Shown here piece after piece: positions 53,428 to 64,000 of a stretch of DNA of 64,000 bases. This stretch comes from Phoronis australis (lineage: Eukaryota; Animalia; Phoronida): the NCBI GenBank assembly GCA_002633005.1, contig NMRA01000286.1, positions 488,478 through 552,477 of the forward strand, in the 5' to 3' direction. The position numbers and the translations under genes were made by a program. The first letter of the stretch is position 1, and every line of letters starts with the position of its first letter. The notes below the pieces were generated by a model, which was not told the DNA's origin, ran no database searches, and saw only the letters and a list, made by a program, of their open reading frames with translations.

Positions 53428-54920
53428 GCTGTGTATACATGTTAAGATCGAGATATGAATGTTCGTGTGATACGTTTTGTCGTTTTATTTCTATTAATAC
53501 AGTGTCATACACGCTATTTTGCAGAACAAAACTAGTTTACCGAACGACATTGAAAGTGACGCACTTGCAGTCGGCTGTAATCACACAACTAGATAGACGC
53601 ATGCATCAAATCTCTCTATTAGGTATGAATTTTTATTAACACCTGTGCTGTCGAATGTGTACAGCTCGCAATATGTGATATTGAAGCAGTTTTCAGACGC
53701 CACTAATGTGTATATCTAATGTACATGAACGGTGTCAATGGTTTTGAGATGAGGTGACGCCTAAATACGGTACAAGTAGTAAATGGTCGCGTTAAACGCA
53801 AACCATGTGTCAATAATGGCAACCACGTCACCAACAAATGACGATTGCCATGGTAACGTCCATCAAGTGATAAAACATGCAATCATTCCTTTCGCTCGCG
53901 TGAGTCTAGAGTATTAGTAAATATCATGGTCACTCATAGATGTCTAGAAGGAAAACAATGCTTGTACACTTATCAAACATCGTGCCGAATTCAGTTTCGT
54001 GTTGTCAATTTTCCAACCTACTGTAAAAGATTTAGAAACTAAATTGTAGTCTATTTTTGCTTGGTTTTTACTGTGTAGATATCACAAAACAACTTTCTAT
54101 TATTTCCTGTGTAAAACAATCAGCCTTAAATACAAAACGGCAAAATAGTTAAGTCACGAATTGCCGGAGATTTCGAAGTTAATTTAATACCTTCCCATCA
54201 CCAGACATTTGATACTGGTTTCAAAACTTCATCTAATATTCAAAAGTATTTTGCATCAGCTCTACCGGTGATAAACACCTGTATGTGACGAGTGACCGAC
54301 ATGTGTTATACAGATATATCGTTAGGGGATAGTCATTTTCAAGATTCACCAGTCCTGTGTGTGACATATGTAATCTACAGTACATAAAAATTCGAAGCTT
54401 TCCTCGGTTCTTCTTGAAATTCCCCAAAAATTGACTGTATCCGTGTGAATTTAAGTGGATGTATGTAAAATGCTTATCACTGCAATAAACCACCGTGACA
54501 CCGTAACGGCATAAACGTTTACACAATTCAATGACACGTTTTGGGTGGCATAAAATTGAAGTATTTTTGCTGTTGCATTTCAAGGAAAACCATGTCGATA
54601 CCTAGATGTGAAAACTACAGGAAACAGTTACTGGTACCTTGCACTCTACAAAAATCGCAGTTTACAGCTTGCTTGACTCTGTCGTAGCTGATACACATGT
54701 TGATTTTGACTACATTTGTGATTATACTATGACAATATGTCACAGTTGACGACAGTGTTGAAACGTTGTGATGAAACTGCGATAGAACTTCGGAAAACAT
54801 CTTTTGACTTAAGCCTTGGCCTTGGTTCCCTTCTCAGATCACAAATCATTTCTAGACTTGATGAGAACTGGCTGGCCGCCCTTACTTCATACAAGACGTT
54901 GTCGCAAAGAGTTACATTAA

Positions 54921-56560
54921 AGGAGAATGCCACCCGTCTTAATCGGTCTATATCCACATAGCCTCGTATACGGTCGAACTTACCCTGCCAAGAGGTGTCG
55001 CGTTAACCTGTGAGGAAGGTGAGAAACAACGCTAGCGACGTCAGTGGTTCATATGCAGAGTGAATGCCGCTATGTTGCGGTGCATCGTTCCCGCTTGTCC
55101 GAACTAAGCAGCTGCGAGGAAAGCGGGTATATCGTTTTTTTTACTTCCTCGAGAGTCCGAAATGCTTAAGAAGTGGCTCATGGTAGTGAAGAATGAAATG
55201 TACGCTGTAAATAGCAAGTATGAGGCCGTGAAACATCTCCGTGTCTGTGGCATGCAGACGTCGACAGCGCCTCTGTGACGAATGCCGGCTTACCAAATAA
55301 CTCCATGTTCCGTTGTCTGAGCTTGTTCACGGCGCCTCTCTAGTATTACTTCATCACTGTATTCCTGTTCGAATTGATAGCCTGTAAAACTTAACGATCC
55401 ACCTGCGAAGTCGGGACAGATGACCTCTAGCTCGTCCTAAGTCGGGATTGCGAGTTGCCATGTTGGCGTTTAGTACTGAGCGTTCTGTTTCAAAATGCCT
55501 TCTCATCCTAACCAACTGAAACAAAGTCTGTCTCAATAGAAGCAATTTGTAATGCCTTTGGAGTGTTTGTGAGTGCAAATGATTTGAGAAGCCAGCATTG
55601 AATAAATCACTGCGTCAGTACCGGCTTTAGCTGCAACAAAACTAATTGACGGGACACCGAGGCCGTGTGAGCTCATGCTAATTTAGTGTTTGCTGGCAGA
55701 AACTGTTGTGAAACAACTCGATTTCCATCTCACGGCTGGGTGTTAGGGGAATCTTTATTTACGTTTACATTACTCAAATAATGATTGTCAATGTGCAACT
55801 TCTGCCCAGACGGTGCTGTGGTCAAAGCGGAACCCGAGTGAATTCGTGGCCCCCGACGAGTAAGTAGTTGCAGTTTCGTGGCTAAATCACCAACATTGGC
55901 TCACTAGGATAGTATTTTCTTGACTCGAAGTTTAGTTTCCACAGAACTTTGGTTGGTTTATGTTCGTAACGTCCGATCAGTTTCCGAGCCACTGGCCGGG
56001 ATAACAATTTGATGAAGTCAATCCAGCCGGCCGCGACGGGCTTGATCGGGCTCCGAGCCACTAGCCAGGATAACAACAAGCGTTTTGTGTTTAGAACTCA
56101 AAAAATCATTAGTCTAAACAACACAGATCTAGGTTCTCCTGTCTGTATCTCACGGAAAATACTTCGAAATTATCTCCGAACAGACCCCAAACTCCTGTTA
56201 CGGACCTTATTGGCCTGCCGTACTTTGTAGGCTACGGTGTGTCCAAATATCAATAAATCCGTAAGAACGAAATAAAACAACACGTTTTTATAAGGACTCG
56301 GTGTATTTTTAAGGGTTTTACATCGAAGTTTGATGATTTATTGGTGTTAAACGAAGACTTTAAGCGATAAGCTGACACCAGTAACCCGTGTTGTGAACTG
56401 CTGAACAGACTGCGTGTGAAACCGATGACGTCATTGGATAATTTCAACACCTCCGTCTGCCGTCAGGTGTCAGGTAACGCAACCGTACGTGTCGTTATGG
56501 AGTAGAACTACTCGATCTAAATTGATACAAATTAGGTTGTTTTTTGGGTGGCATGCTCCT
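54921..56560 (+). mobile_element. Kolobok-like DNA transposon remnant with a THAP-domain relic
   Basis: TTAA target duplication (54917-54920 and 56561-56564). 15-bp TIRs AGGAGAATGCCACCC and GGGTGGCATGCTCCT, starting with purines. The relic at about 55072-55255 reads MLRCIVPACPN*...SFFLLP...KKWL...HLRVCG. The empty site is visible in the paralogous segment at about 62808. Confidence 0.8.
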
Positions 56561-59339
56561 TTAAGTTTCAGTTGCCACTGTCAAGGTAATATGGCTGGCG
56601 CGGGATGTACGGGCCATAAATTGTAACCAATTTCAATTGAAACGAAGTTAAGGAACGCGCGAAGACGTTGCTCTGGGAGAGTAAATAGATTCTACGCCTG
56701 TGAATGAAAGTTGACTTTTTGACACCAGGGGATGGTTTAAACTGATTTTAATTGCTTTTTCGTTGTCATTCAGGAATTTGGATCACAAAATCTCTCCCAT
56801 GATTTACTATGCACGTACGTGTAATTTTAATTGGTTCACTCAGGGGTCCGTTGGCCGCACAGCAACTTCTGTTGCTAGTGAAAGCTCAGTCATGGTAAGA
56901 TCTAGTGCTTCGCTTGTACAATTTATGCGCGGCCATGTCTCGCGAAGTCTTTCGTTGTCTCTCCAAAGTCTTAAGAAATTAGCTTAGAACGCAACCCCGG
57001 TCGAAGTTGCTTGATTGTGGTGCCATTCGTTAGATGACCAATAGACGGGCACTGTGTGTAATGACCTGGCAAAAACGAATCGTACACTCAAGTTTTACTT
57101 GCCCATTTCCTAATTGACCTGTTTAGTTATGTGACTAGTTTTTATCGTGGCGTGGCCGATGTGACACACACACAGCAGGATAACTCGGGTCCAGCCCTAT
57201 CCGATAGGGTAAAATGGGATACAGAAAGACAACAACAACAAAATTGTTGCAGCTGCTAGTACTACTAACCACACTCATAACCAAGTTAAAGATGCTATAT
57301 ATGTCTCATTAAATTGCGAATATGGTAATGAGGTATTTGTTTACAAACAACCTCGGGTCTTCCGGTGTGCCGGAAACCACCCGAGAACCAGTTACCGTTA
57401 CAATCTCACGTAAGTCTCGTTTTGCCAGACTATATGTAAATGAATACGGTAATGTCATCGTCACACTTATAAAACAAGGCGCATTTTTTGTTGTTTGTTC
57501 ATTTCACTGTCAAAGAGCGATTGCGCAATATTTGGAATTACTAGGGTTTTCTATATGTTGACATTTGTTTTTAACTGTATTATGTGACTATTCGACAATC
57601 TTCACATTAGTAGAGGGCGCGCGTGTACTAGTGGTGATAGATTAAGCAGCCTCGATATTCGCGAAACCTTTAAATACATGGTGAAATGGCTTGCAGCTGT
57701 GGCAACTGAATCTGAGATTGGGTGAAAAGGGTGCTTCAGTGAGGGGAAGTAAGCATGACCTTATAGGAAGGTAAGGTTTGTGTTTATTTAAATGACGACT
57801 ATCCGGGTACCGTGTAAAGCTTTGCGTGCAAAGTCACATGATCGCTGTACTTTTCGAGTCTGTGTATATTTAGTGTAGTAAATATAAATTGCATTTCGTT
57901 ATATTAGCCCAACTTCTGAACCATGTGATATTTTCAAATGAACGAATATTTGTATTCCAGGATTGTAGCCAAGTCCAACATACGTAAGACGGTCCTGTAA
58001 ACAAGATCATTGTTTTTCGCCATTATTTGAGTTGGGGTAGTAAGAATTTTCTGGAATGATCATCTGACGACTTTTTATGTTTTCGAATTCTTCTTTTTTA
58101 GGAAATGGGAATGGTGTTGCTTAAAGCAGAGCAATCAAGCAAGGAAACCCTCAGAAATTCAGCCGGGCGTGACGCACCTGGAATGTACAGTCTTTGTGAC
58201 TCCTGTTTTGGGAAACTGAACAGAGAACATTTCGCATATCGTTAACCGTGGACCTCTATTCACCATCTCTAGCAACAACGTCCTGTGTATGTTCGATTCT
58301 ACGTTAGAATTCACAATTGCTGATTGCAGGTAGTGTTACACTGAGTTAATATTTTCACTTGCGCAGATTTAGTATTATTTAAAAGGATAACAAATCCGGT
58401 TTTGACCTATTAACAGATATTAAAAACGACTTTCCCATCCAATTCTCTGAAAGAAAATAATGCCCTGTTACCCTCGACCACCCTCAAAAGTTTGAATGAA
58501 AATTTGAAAACTCTTTTCGCGGTCTGCTAAACGGATGAGTGTGACCTATGCTTTTTGCGAATTTCAAGGCAACTGTGGGGAAGACGGAAACACCACCAAT
58601 AACCATAATGTCTAATCTGTGACACAGACAGTATACGTTTTTAGTTGATTCATATAGATTATTACATGGCGAAGTCGTTATCCCCCGTTCTCTAGAGCCC
58701 GAGTGGATTTTGAAGAGAGGGTGACAATTCTCCAAAATCCACGAGGGCTCTAGATAAGGGGGATAACGACTGAAAATATGTAATAATCTATTTATACCCT
58801 ATACTAAACGAGAAACATTGCAATGAATCGATCTACCTTTCTCGACTCGCCTCGGCTTTGTAACTACTTTCTATGTCAGAGGCCCGGGGTCGGAGGTCGT
58901 GACCTTTTAAGAAAAGCCGAGCAATTTTTGTCAAATAACGCTTTTGCTCAAAACCAATTGGAAATTTAAACAAAATAGAAATGAAGTGAATCTATAACTT
59001 AAGGTTTAGAAACTATCATAATAGCTTACTACACATTTTATCACGCCAAGCTTCGACCTCGAAAATATCGTCTGCTAAAGTAGATTACCACTAGTAACTG
59101 ACTATAATGCTCAAGTCAAAGGATCCCGACGACAGGATATCCGCATTCAAATTGGAGATCGGTGATTTACAAGTGAGAGAACACGAGAGAAAATATTCAC
59201 TGAATTATAATATCGTTTTTATGGAAATTATGCGTTTTATTTTTCATAGCGTATAAATGTCGGTGCAATGCCCTTTGCTGAACATGCGATTGGTGCGCGT
59301 GCTCATTTAAGTATTCTATTTTCATGTTCGATGACGTCA

Positions 59340-59412
59340 GCCGCTGAGTGGTGTAGTGGTAAAGTCGGCGACTCGAAACTCTTGAGACCCGGGTTCGAAT
59401 CCGGCCTCGGTT
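59340..59412 (+). other. tRNA-like (pseudo-tRNA/SINE-head) sequence in the left arm of the foldback
   Basis: A box TGGTGTAGTGG and B box GGTTCGAATCC at tRNA-like spacing. Stems are imperfect. Confidence 0.6.
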
Positions 59413-59487
59413 TCTCCCCAAAATGTTATCTCACTTGTATCTGCCATTCGCTAATATTGTTGTATAACTGTTTTATAACGGCGGGAA

Positions 59488-59558
59488 ACCGACAAGGAGT
59501 CGAACCCGTTACCCTGAAGTTGCTGGTCACCGACTTTACCTCTACACCATGCAGCGAC
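59488..59558 (-). other. tRNA-like sequence in the right arm, convergent with the left copy
   Basis: The minus strand reads GTCGCTGCATGGTGTAGAGGTAAAGTCGG...GGGTTCGACTCC. Confidence 0.55.
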
Positions 59559-61177
59559 TGACGTCATCAAGAGTGAAAATAGAATACTTAAATGAGCACA
59601 CGCAATAATCGCATGCTCAACAAACCGCATTGTACTGTACTTATACGCTACGAAAAATAATTAGACACATAATTTCTATAAAAATGATATCTTAATTCAG
59701 TGAAATTTTTCTCTCATGTCCTCTTACTTGTAAATCACCGATCTCCAGTTTGAATGCGTGTATCGTGTCGTCAGGATCTTTGACTTGAGAATTATATTCA
59801 GTTACCAGTGGTAACCTACAGCAGACGATAATTTCCCGGTCGAAGCTTAGCTTGAAAAAAACGTGTTTTAAGCTATAATAGTTGGTAAACCTTAATTTAT
59901 AAATTCAATTTATTTCTATTATATTCAAGTTTTAGCATTATTTGACTAAAATATCCCGGCTTTTCTCAAAAGGTCACGACCTCCGACCCCGGGCCTCTGA
60001 CATAGAAAGTGGTTACAAAGCCGTGGAGAGTCAGAAAAGGTAAATCGATTCATTGCAATGTTTCTCGTTTAGTATAGGGTATAAATAGATTATTACATGT
60101 TCTCAGCCGTTATCCCCCTTATCCGGAGCCCTCGTGGATTTTGGAGAATTATCACCCTCGGGGCTAACGCCCCTCGGGCGATAATTCTCTAGATAACGGG
60201 GGATAACGACTTCGCCATGTAATAATCTATATTTATCTTTCTAGATTTACGCCAATGATGCATTAGCAGGTGAAATAACGCCAATCGCTTGAAATCGAAA
60301 CAGGGTTTTTGTATCCTTTTAAATGGACAAATTTTGTTTTTTAACTTAATGTCATTGTAAAATTACGCAGATATTAAGATGCACCGATATTCAGTGTTGT
60401 TGAATGCTACAAGCGGCTACTTCCAACATGCGTAAATGCGTAAAGTAAAAATTCGATGCTCATCGTAACATACATCTATACTGAATTACGGTTTTCAGTT
60501 ACTGGTTTCTCTGCACAGCGATTGCTGCTGTTTTTTTTAGTGCGGTTTACGGCTTTTGACAGTAAGTGTTTCTGTTTATCTCATTTTTTCTATTACTATT
60601 AACAGATTCAGGGTGAAGGAACCACTGCGGCGAGTGTCAAAACGTTCAAATTTAGGGGGATTTTGGCTCAGTTGTGACAATCAGCAAACAGGAAGGCCCT
60701 GGCGCCTTGTACGGTGGTCTTGCTGCTGGACTCCAGCGACAGATGTGTTTCGCATCGGTTCGTGTCAGGCTCTATGATGAAGTGAAGAAAGCACACCAAA
60801 GTTTATTTGGATCCACCGTTAAGAGGATTTCCTTTGTCTTATGGGGGTTTTACAGCCCCAGAGTTTGTTTAAAAGTACTCTTGCCTGTACATCCACCAAC
60901 CTAAAACACAAGATGAGTTTCACCACTAGAAAGATATCGCTAAAATGTTTACACTTCGTAACTTTTAGTCTTGTTTGTCGGTGGTAGCCTTATTATACTA
61001 CTATATTTTAAAAGTGTTTTTAAAAAGTGAGGGTGGGGGGTTTCCGCGGAAACCTCAGTACATAAGGCTGTAGTTGAGTGAGTACCTACAATATAGTCAT
61101 CACAAATCGTAGACCCCAGTCTTTTCGACATTTGTGAATTCTCTACAAACAGTTCGACTTTCAAAAGCAACACACTT

Positions 61178-62180
61178 CTTGTGATACTATTGAGAAAATA
61201 TAACATTATTTATAACTAACCATCGGAAGTAGCCTTTTTGTCTGATTCACAAATAGTGATCTTCACGTTCTTCAAAATTCTAACCTTTGATGGTGGTCAA
61301 TCCTATTGTACTTTTAACATTTTCGGATGTTTGGGTGGAATATTTTGATACTACTGTGCTGTGCACGGTTGTTTTGTGTTTTTGATGAATTTGGAATCTC
61401 AACCCTCGTGAATACTTGGCAGTGTCGGATTTACATGTCTAGAGGGACACCCGAACCGCCCTACCGAGAGGGGGTTCCGTGTGAAATGGGATACCTAAGA
61501 TGAAAGGCTTCACATCATTAAGCTTGGAAAGAGTGACATTTCATTCCATTGTCGGATGATCTTGCAAGAAGTGACTTTCCTCAGCGTGAAAGCCGGTTGT
61601 ACGATTTCACAAAAAACAGAAAAATAGAGAGAATATATTCCAACATTGGGCCCCGTCGGCCCCTTAAGAATTTGCCAATTAAAACACGAAAAGGGTGACC
61701 ACTTTAATGCCATCAATGGTCCTCTTCAAGAGCTGGGCCCCTAAATATAATAAGATCTATATTTTCAAAAGTCAGGAAATGCGCAGCAATTGATGTTATC
61801 TGCCAGGCCATCAATTTTCTCAAGTGATACACTATTTAGAGAAAGAAAAACACGAAAAAAATAGAGCGACAGTTGTCTTTGTTGTCCTTTGCTAGAGAAG
61901 GGCCTCTGGAAAATATAATTTTGCACTCAAACTGTCTCATTGAATCTAAAAATTCAGTGAATTAATATGCTCCGCGAAAGCTTCACTTTGCGAATTTTCT
62001 CGATTTTTCGAAATACATGTATGAATGATAAAGTGCACGTTTTCAAGTACGTTTAGATGACCTACATGTATTCAGCAAAAACGGAGACCCTAACAACTAT
62101 ATCGTGGCCAGGGCCCTCAAAGGGTAAGCTATTCACAGCTGATACTGAGTTGTCAAATGTTCTCTGGAATTTTCTCTCTT
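61178..62180 (-). repeat. Inverted copy of about 45225-46200
   Basis: Long reverse-complement similarity. ORF-track entries 45696-45902(+) and 61510-61716(-) are near-identical. Confidence 0.85.
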
Positions 62181-62184
62181 ATCA

Positions 62185-63260
62185 GAAGATTCACCTGTGT
62201 TCGACATGTAATCTACAGTATATAGAAATTCGAAGCTTTCCTCGTTTCTTCTTGAAATTTCCCCAGAAAATCGACTGTATCCGTGATTTCAAGTGGGTGA
62301 ATGCAAAATGCATATATTACTGCAACAAACCACTGTGACACCGTAACGGGATGAAAGTTCACACCATAGATACTTGTATAGTATACTATGGTCTATGTTC
62401 ACACAACTCAAAGACACGTTTTGGACGGCATTTAAATTGGATTATTTTTGCTGTTGTATTTCAAAAACCATGTCAATATCTACTATAGGAAACAGTTACT
62501 TGCTCCTTGTACTCTAAAAAATCGCAAGACTGCCCATGTGCGGGTTACCGTAGCTCGCTTGATTCTGTCGTAGCTTGTACACATGTTGATTTTGACTACA
62601 TTTTTGATTATACTACGACAATATGTCACAGTTGACGACAATGTTGAAATGTAGTGATGAAACAGCGATAAACGCGCAACAACTTTTGACTTAGGCCTAG
62701 GCTGTATACCGTCATAAAATCGGTGTCTTTTGGTTCGCTACATAGATCACTGTACAAATGATTTCTAGGCGTCGCCCTTACGTCATACAAGACCTTGTCG
62801 CAAAGAGTTAAGTTTCAGTTGTCAATGTCAAGGTAATAATTATGGCCTTCGCAGGATGTACGGACGATAAGTTGTATTCAATTTCTATTCGAAACGAAGT
62901 TAAAGAACGCGCGAAGCTGCTTTGGGAGAGCACTAGAATCCGATACGTCTTTGAATGAAAGTTGCTTTTTTTGACACCACGGCATGGTTTAAACTGGTTT
63001 TAATTGCTTTTCGGTGTCATCCGCGTGGAATTTGGATCACAAAATCTCTCACATGATTTACTGTGCACGCACGTGTAATTTCAGTTGGTACACTCTGGGG
63101 CTCGTTGGCCGCACCGCAACTTTTGTTGCGAGTGAAAGCTCAGTCATGATAAAGAGCTAGTACAATTTTTGCGCGGCCATGCTCGCGAAGACTTTCGTGA
63201 TCTCTCCAAACTCTGAAGAAATTAGCTTAGAACGAAACCTTGGACGAAGTTGCTTGATAG
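62185..63260 (+). repeat. Direct copy of about 54345-54920 joined to 56561-57020, without the Kolobok-like insert
   Basis: Shared blocks such as TGTAATCTACAGTA...GAAGCTTTCCTCG, ATATGTCACAGTTGACGACA and GGAATTTGGATCACAAAATCTCTC. Confidence 0.85.
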
Positions 63261-63480
63261 TGGTGGTGGAAGGTTACCGTAATACGTCTAATGGGATTGA
63301 GTAGGCAAAACTTCGACACAATTTTTCGAGATAAGTCGTACACAAAGTCTATTAACGACAAACGGAGTTTGTTTACTGTGGTTGAAAGACATAATGCATA
63401 TGAAGTCACAGACCAAAAATTGGTGCGGGCTGAGAGTGCTTTACTAAGAAAGTATCGAATTGTTTTTTTTTTCAGTCCAG

Positions 63481-63740
63481 GTCTACACACCAAGTTCTCG
63501 CATACGACTTTGTATTGATTTCGTATGCGACTATCAGAGTGCTTAGACTCTATGGTTTAAAGGTCGCATGCCACTTCTCCGAGTCGAACGAAAGGCGGAG
63601 CAAAATCGGAGTGCTCAATTTCGTGCAACAAGTGGTATAAGATGTGTAGATCGAAAAGCCGAGCCGGCGGAATACGCTACATTTAGTCGTATACAACATT
63701 CGGTTACGAAGTCGTACATGAAAAATCAGAATGTGTAGAC
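63481..63740. mobile_element. Short palindromic MITE
   Basis: Termini GTCTACACA and TGTGTAGAC, with internal TACGACTT/AAGTCGTA and CGACTA/TAGTCG. Confidence 0.5.
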
Positions 63741-64000
63741 AGCGCTCGACACACTGAACTATGGGTGAGAGAAAAGGTTTGATGACCAACTTTTGGCGGA
63801 TAATTTGACAATTGCTAGCTTCTCAAATGTTTTGCGGAGTGAAACCCAGCAAAACGAACATACGTCAAACCAGTGCTCTGTTTAATTCCGAATGATAATC
63901 CCTGATAGACCGGGATCCCAGAGCTTTTTGGGCATGAACAGGTAACCAATTTTCTTTGGTGCCACAGTGCTCTGTGGGTATCCTGATGCTTGGAAATGGC

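Larger units (their letters stand above)
53145..53498. repeat. Foldback element of about 350 bp with a hammerhead core in each arm
   Basis: Left arm ATTAATAGAAATGAAACG...GAACATTCATATTTCGAT...GACGTTTCGCTGAACTTCA..CAAGCATCATCAGTGACTATAC is the reverse complement of the right arm. Confidence 0.8.
58655..60229. mobile_element. Palindromic (foldback) non-autonomous DNA element, 1.58 kb, with TA target duplication
   Basis: TIR TAGATTATTACATGGCGAAGTCGTTATCCCCCGTT with arms complementary over about 750 bp. TA on both sides. Absent from the parent copy near 40490. Confidence 0.88.
57793..61088 (+). pseudogene. Inverted partial duplicate of the UCP gene (uORF exon plus a frameshifted coding exon 2)
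   Basis: Reverse complement of about 41347-37522, lacking about 40289-38166 (the ATG exon). The exon 2 copy (about 60606-60818) has a 1-nt deletion (GGGATTTTGG) and a destroyed donor (ACCG|TTAAG). Confidence 0.88.

Noticed and set aside
59340-59412. Functional tRNA gene
   Set aside because: Acceptor, anticodon and T stems are mismatched, there is no T4 terminator, and it is embedded in a transposon arm.
60674-60904. Second functional UCP gene
   Set aside because: The ATG exon is deleted, there is a frameshift, the donor is lost and no downstream exons follow.
1-64000. CRISPR arrays, operons or other prokaryotic systems
   Set aside because: Spliceosomal introns and metazoan transposons occur throughout, and no repeat-spacer array was seen.

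Overview
AT-rich, intron-containing metazoan genomic DNA, probably from an invertebrate (inference), with two assembly gaps (5507-6203 and 27875-28525). Four host genes can be read from the sequence. Two are tandem SLC22 transporter paralogs on the minus strand: one complete 9-exon gene (10300-19627, 570 aa) and the first two exons of a second copy that runs off the left edge. The third is a single-coding-exon ORF (29127-30140) fusing two N-terminal transmembrane helices and a coiled coil to a divergent Ras/Rab-like GTPase domain. The fourth is a UCP1/2/3-clade mitochondrial uncoupling protein (35626-39824, minus) whose inferred 5' UTR exon carries a three-AUG uORF, reminiscent of mammalian UCP2. 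The rest is repeat-rich: a decayed Penelope-like element, a decayed CR1-group LINE with a 2A ribosome-skipping motif, a Kolobok-like TTAA/THAP element, several MITEs, a small foldback with two hammerhead ribozyme cores, and a 1.6-kb palindromic element with convergent tRNA-like heads. That last element sits inside an inverted, pseudogenised partial copy of the UCP gene. All gene models and alignments were made by eye; no database searches were run.
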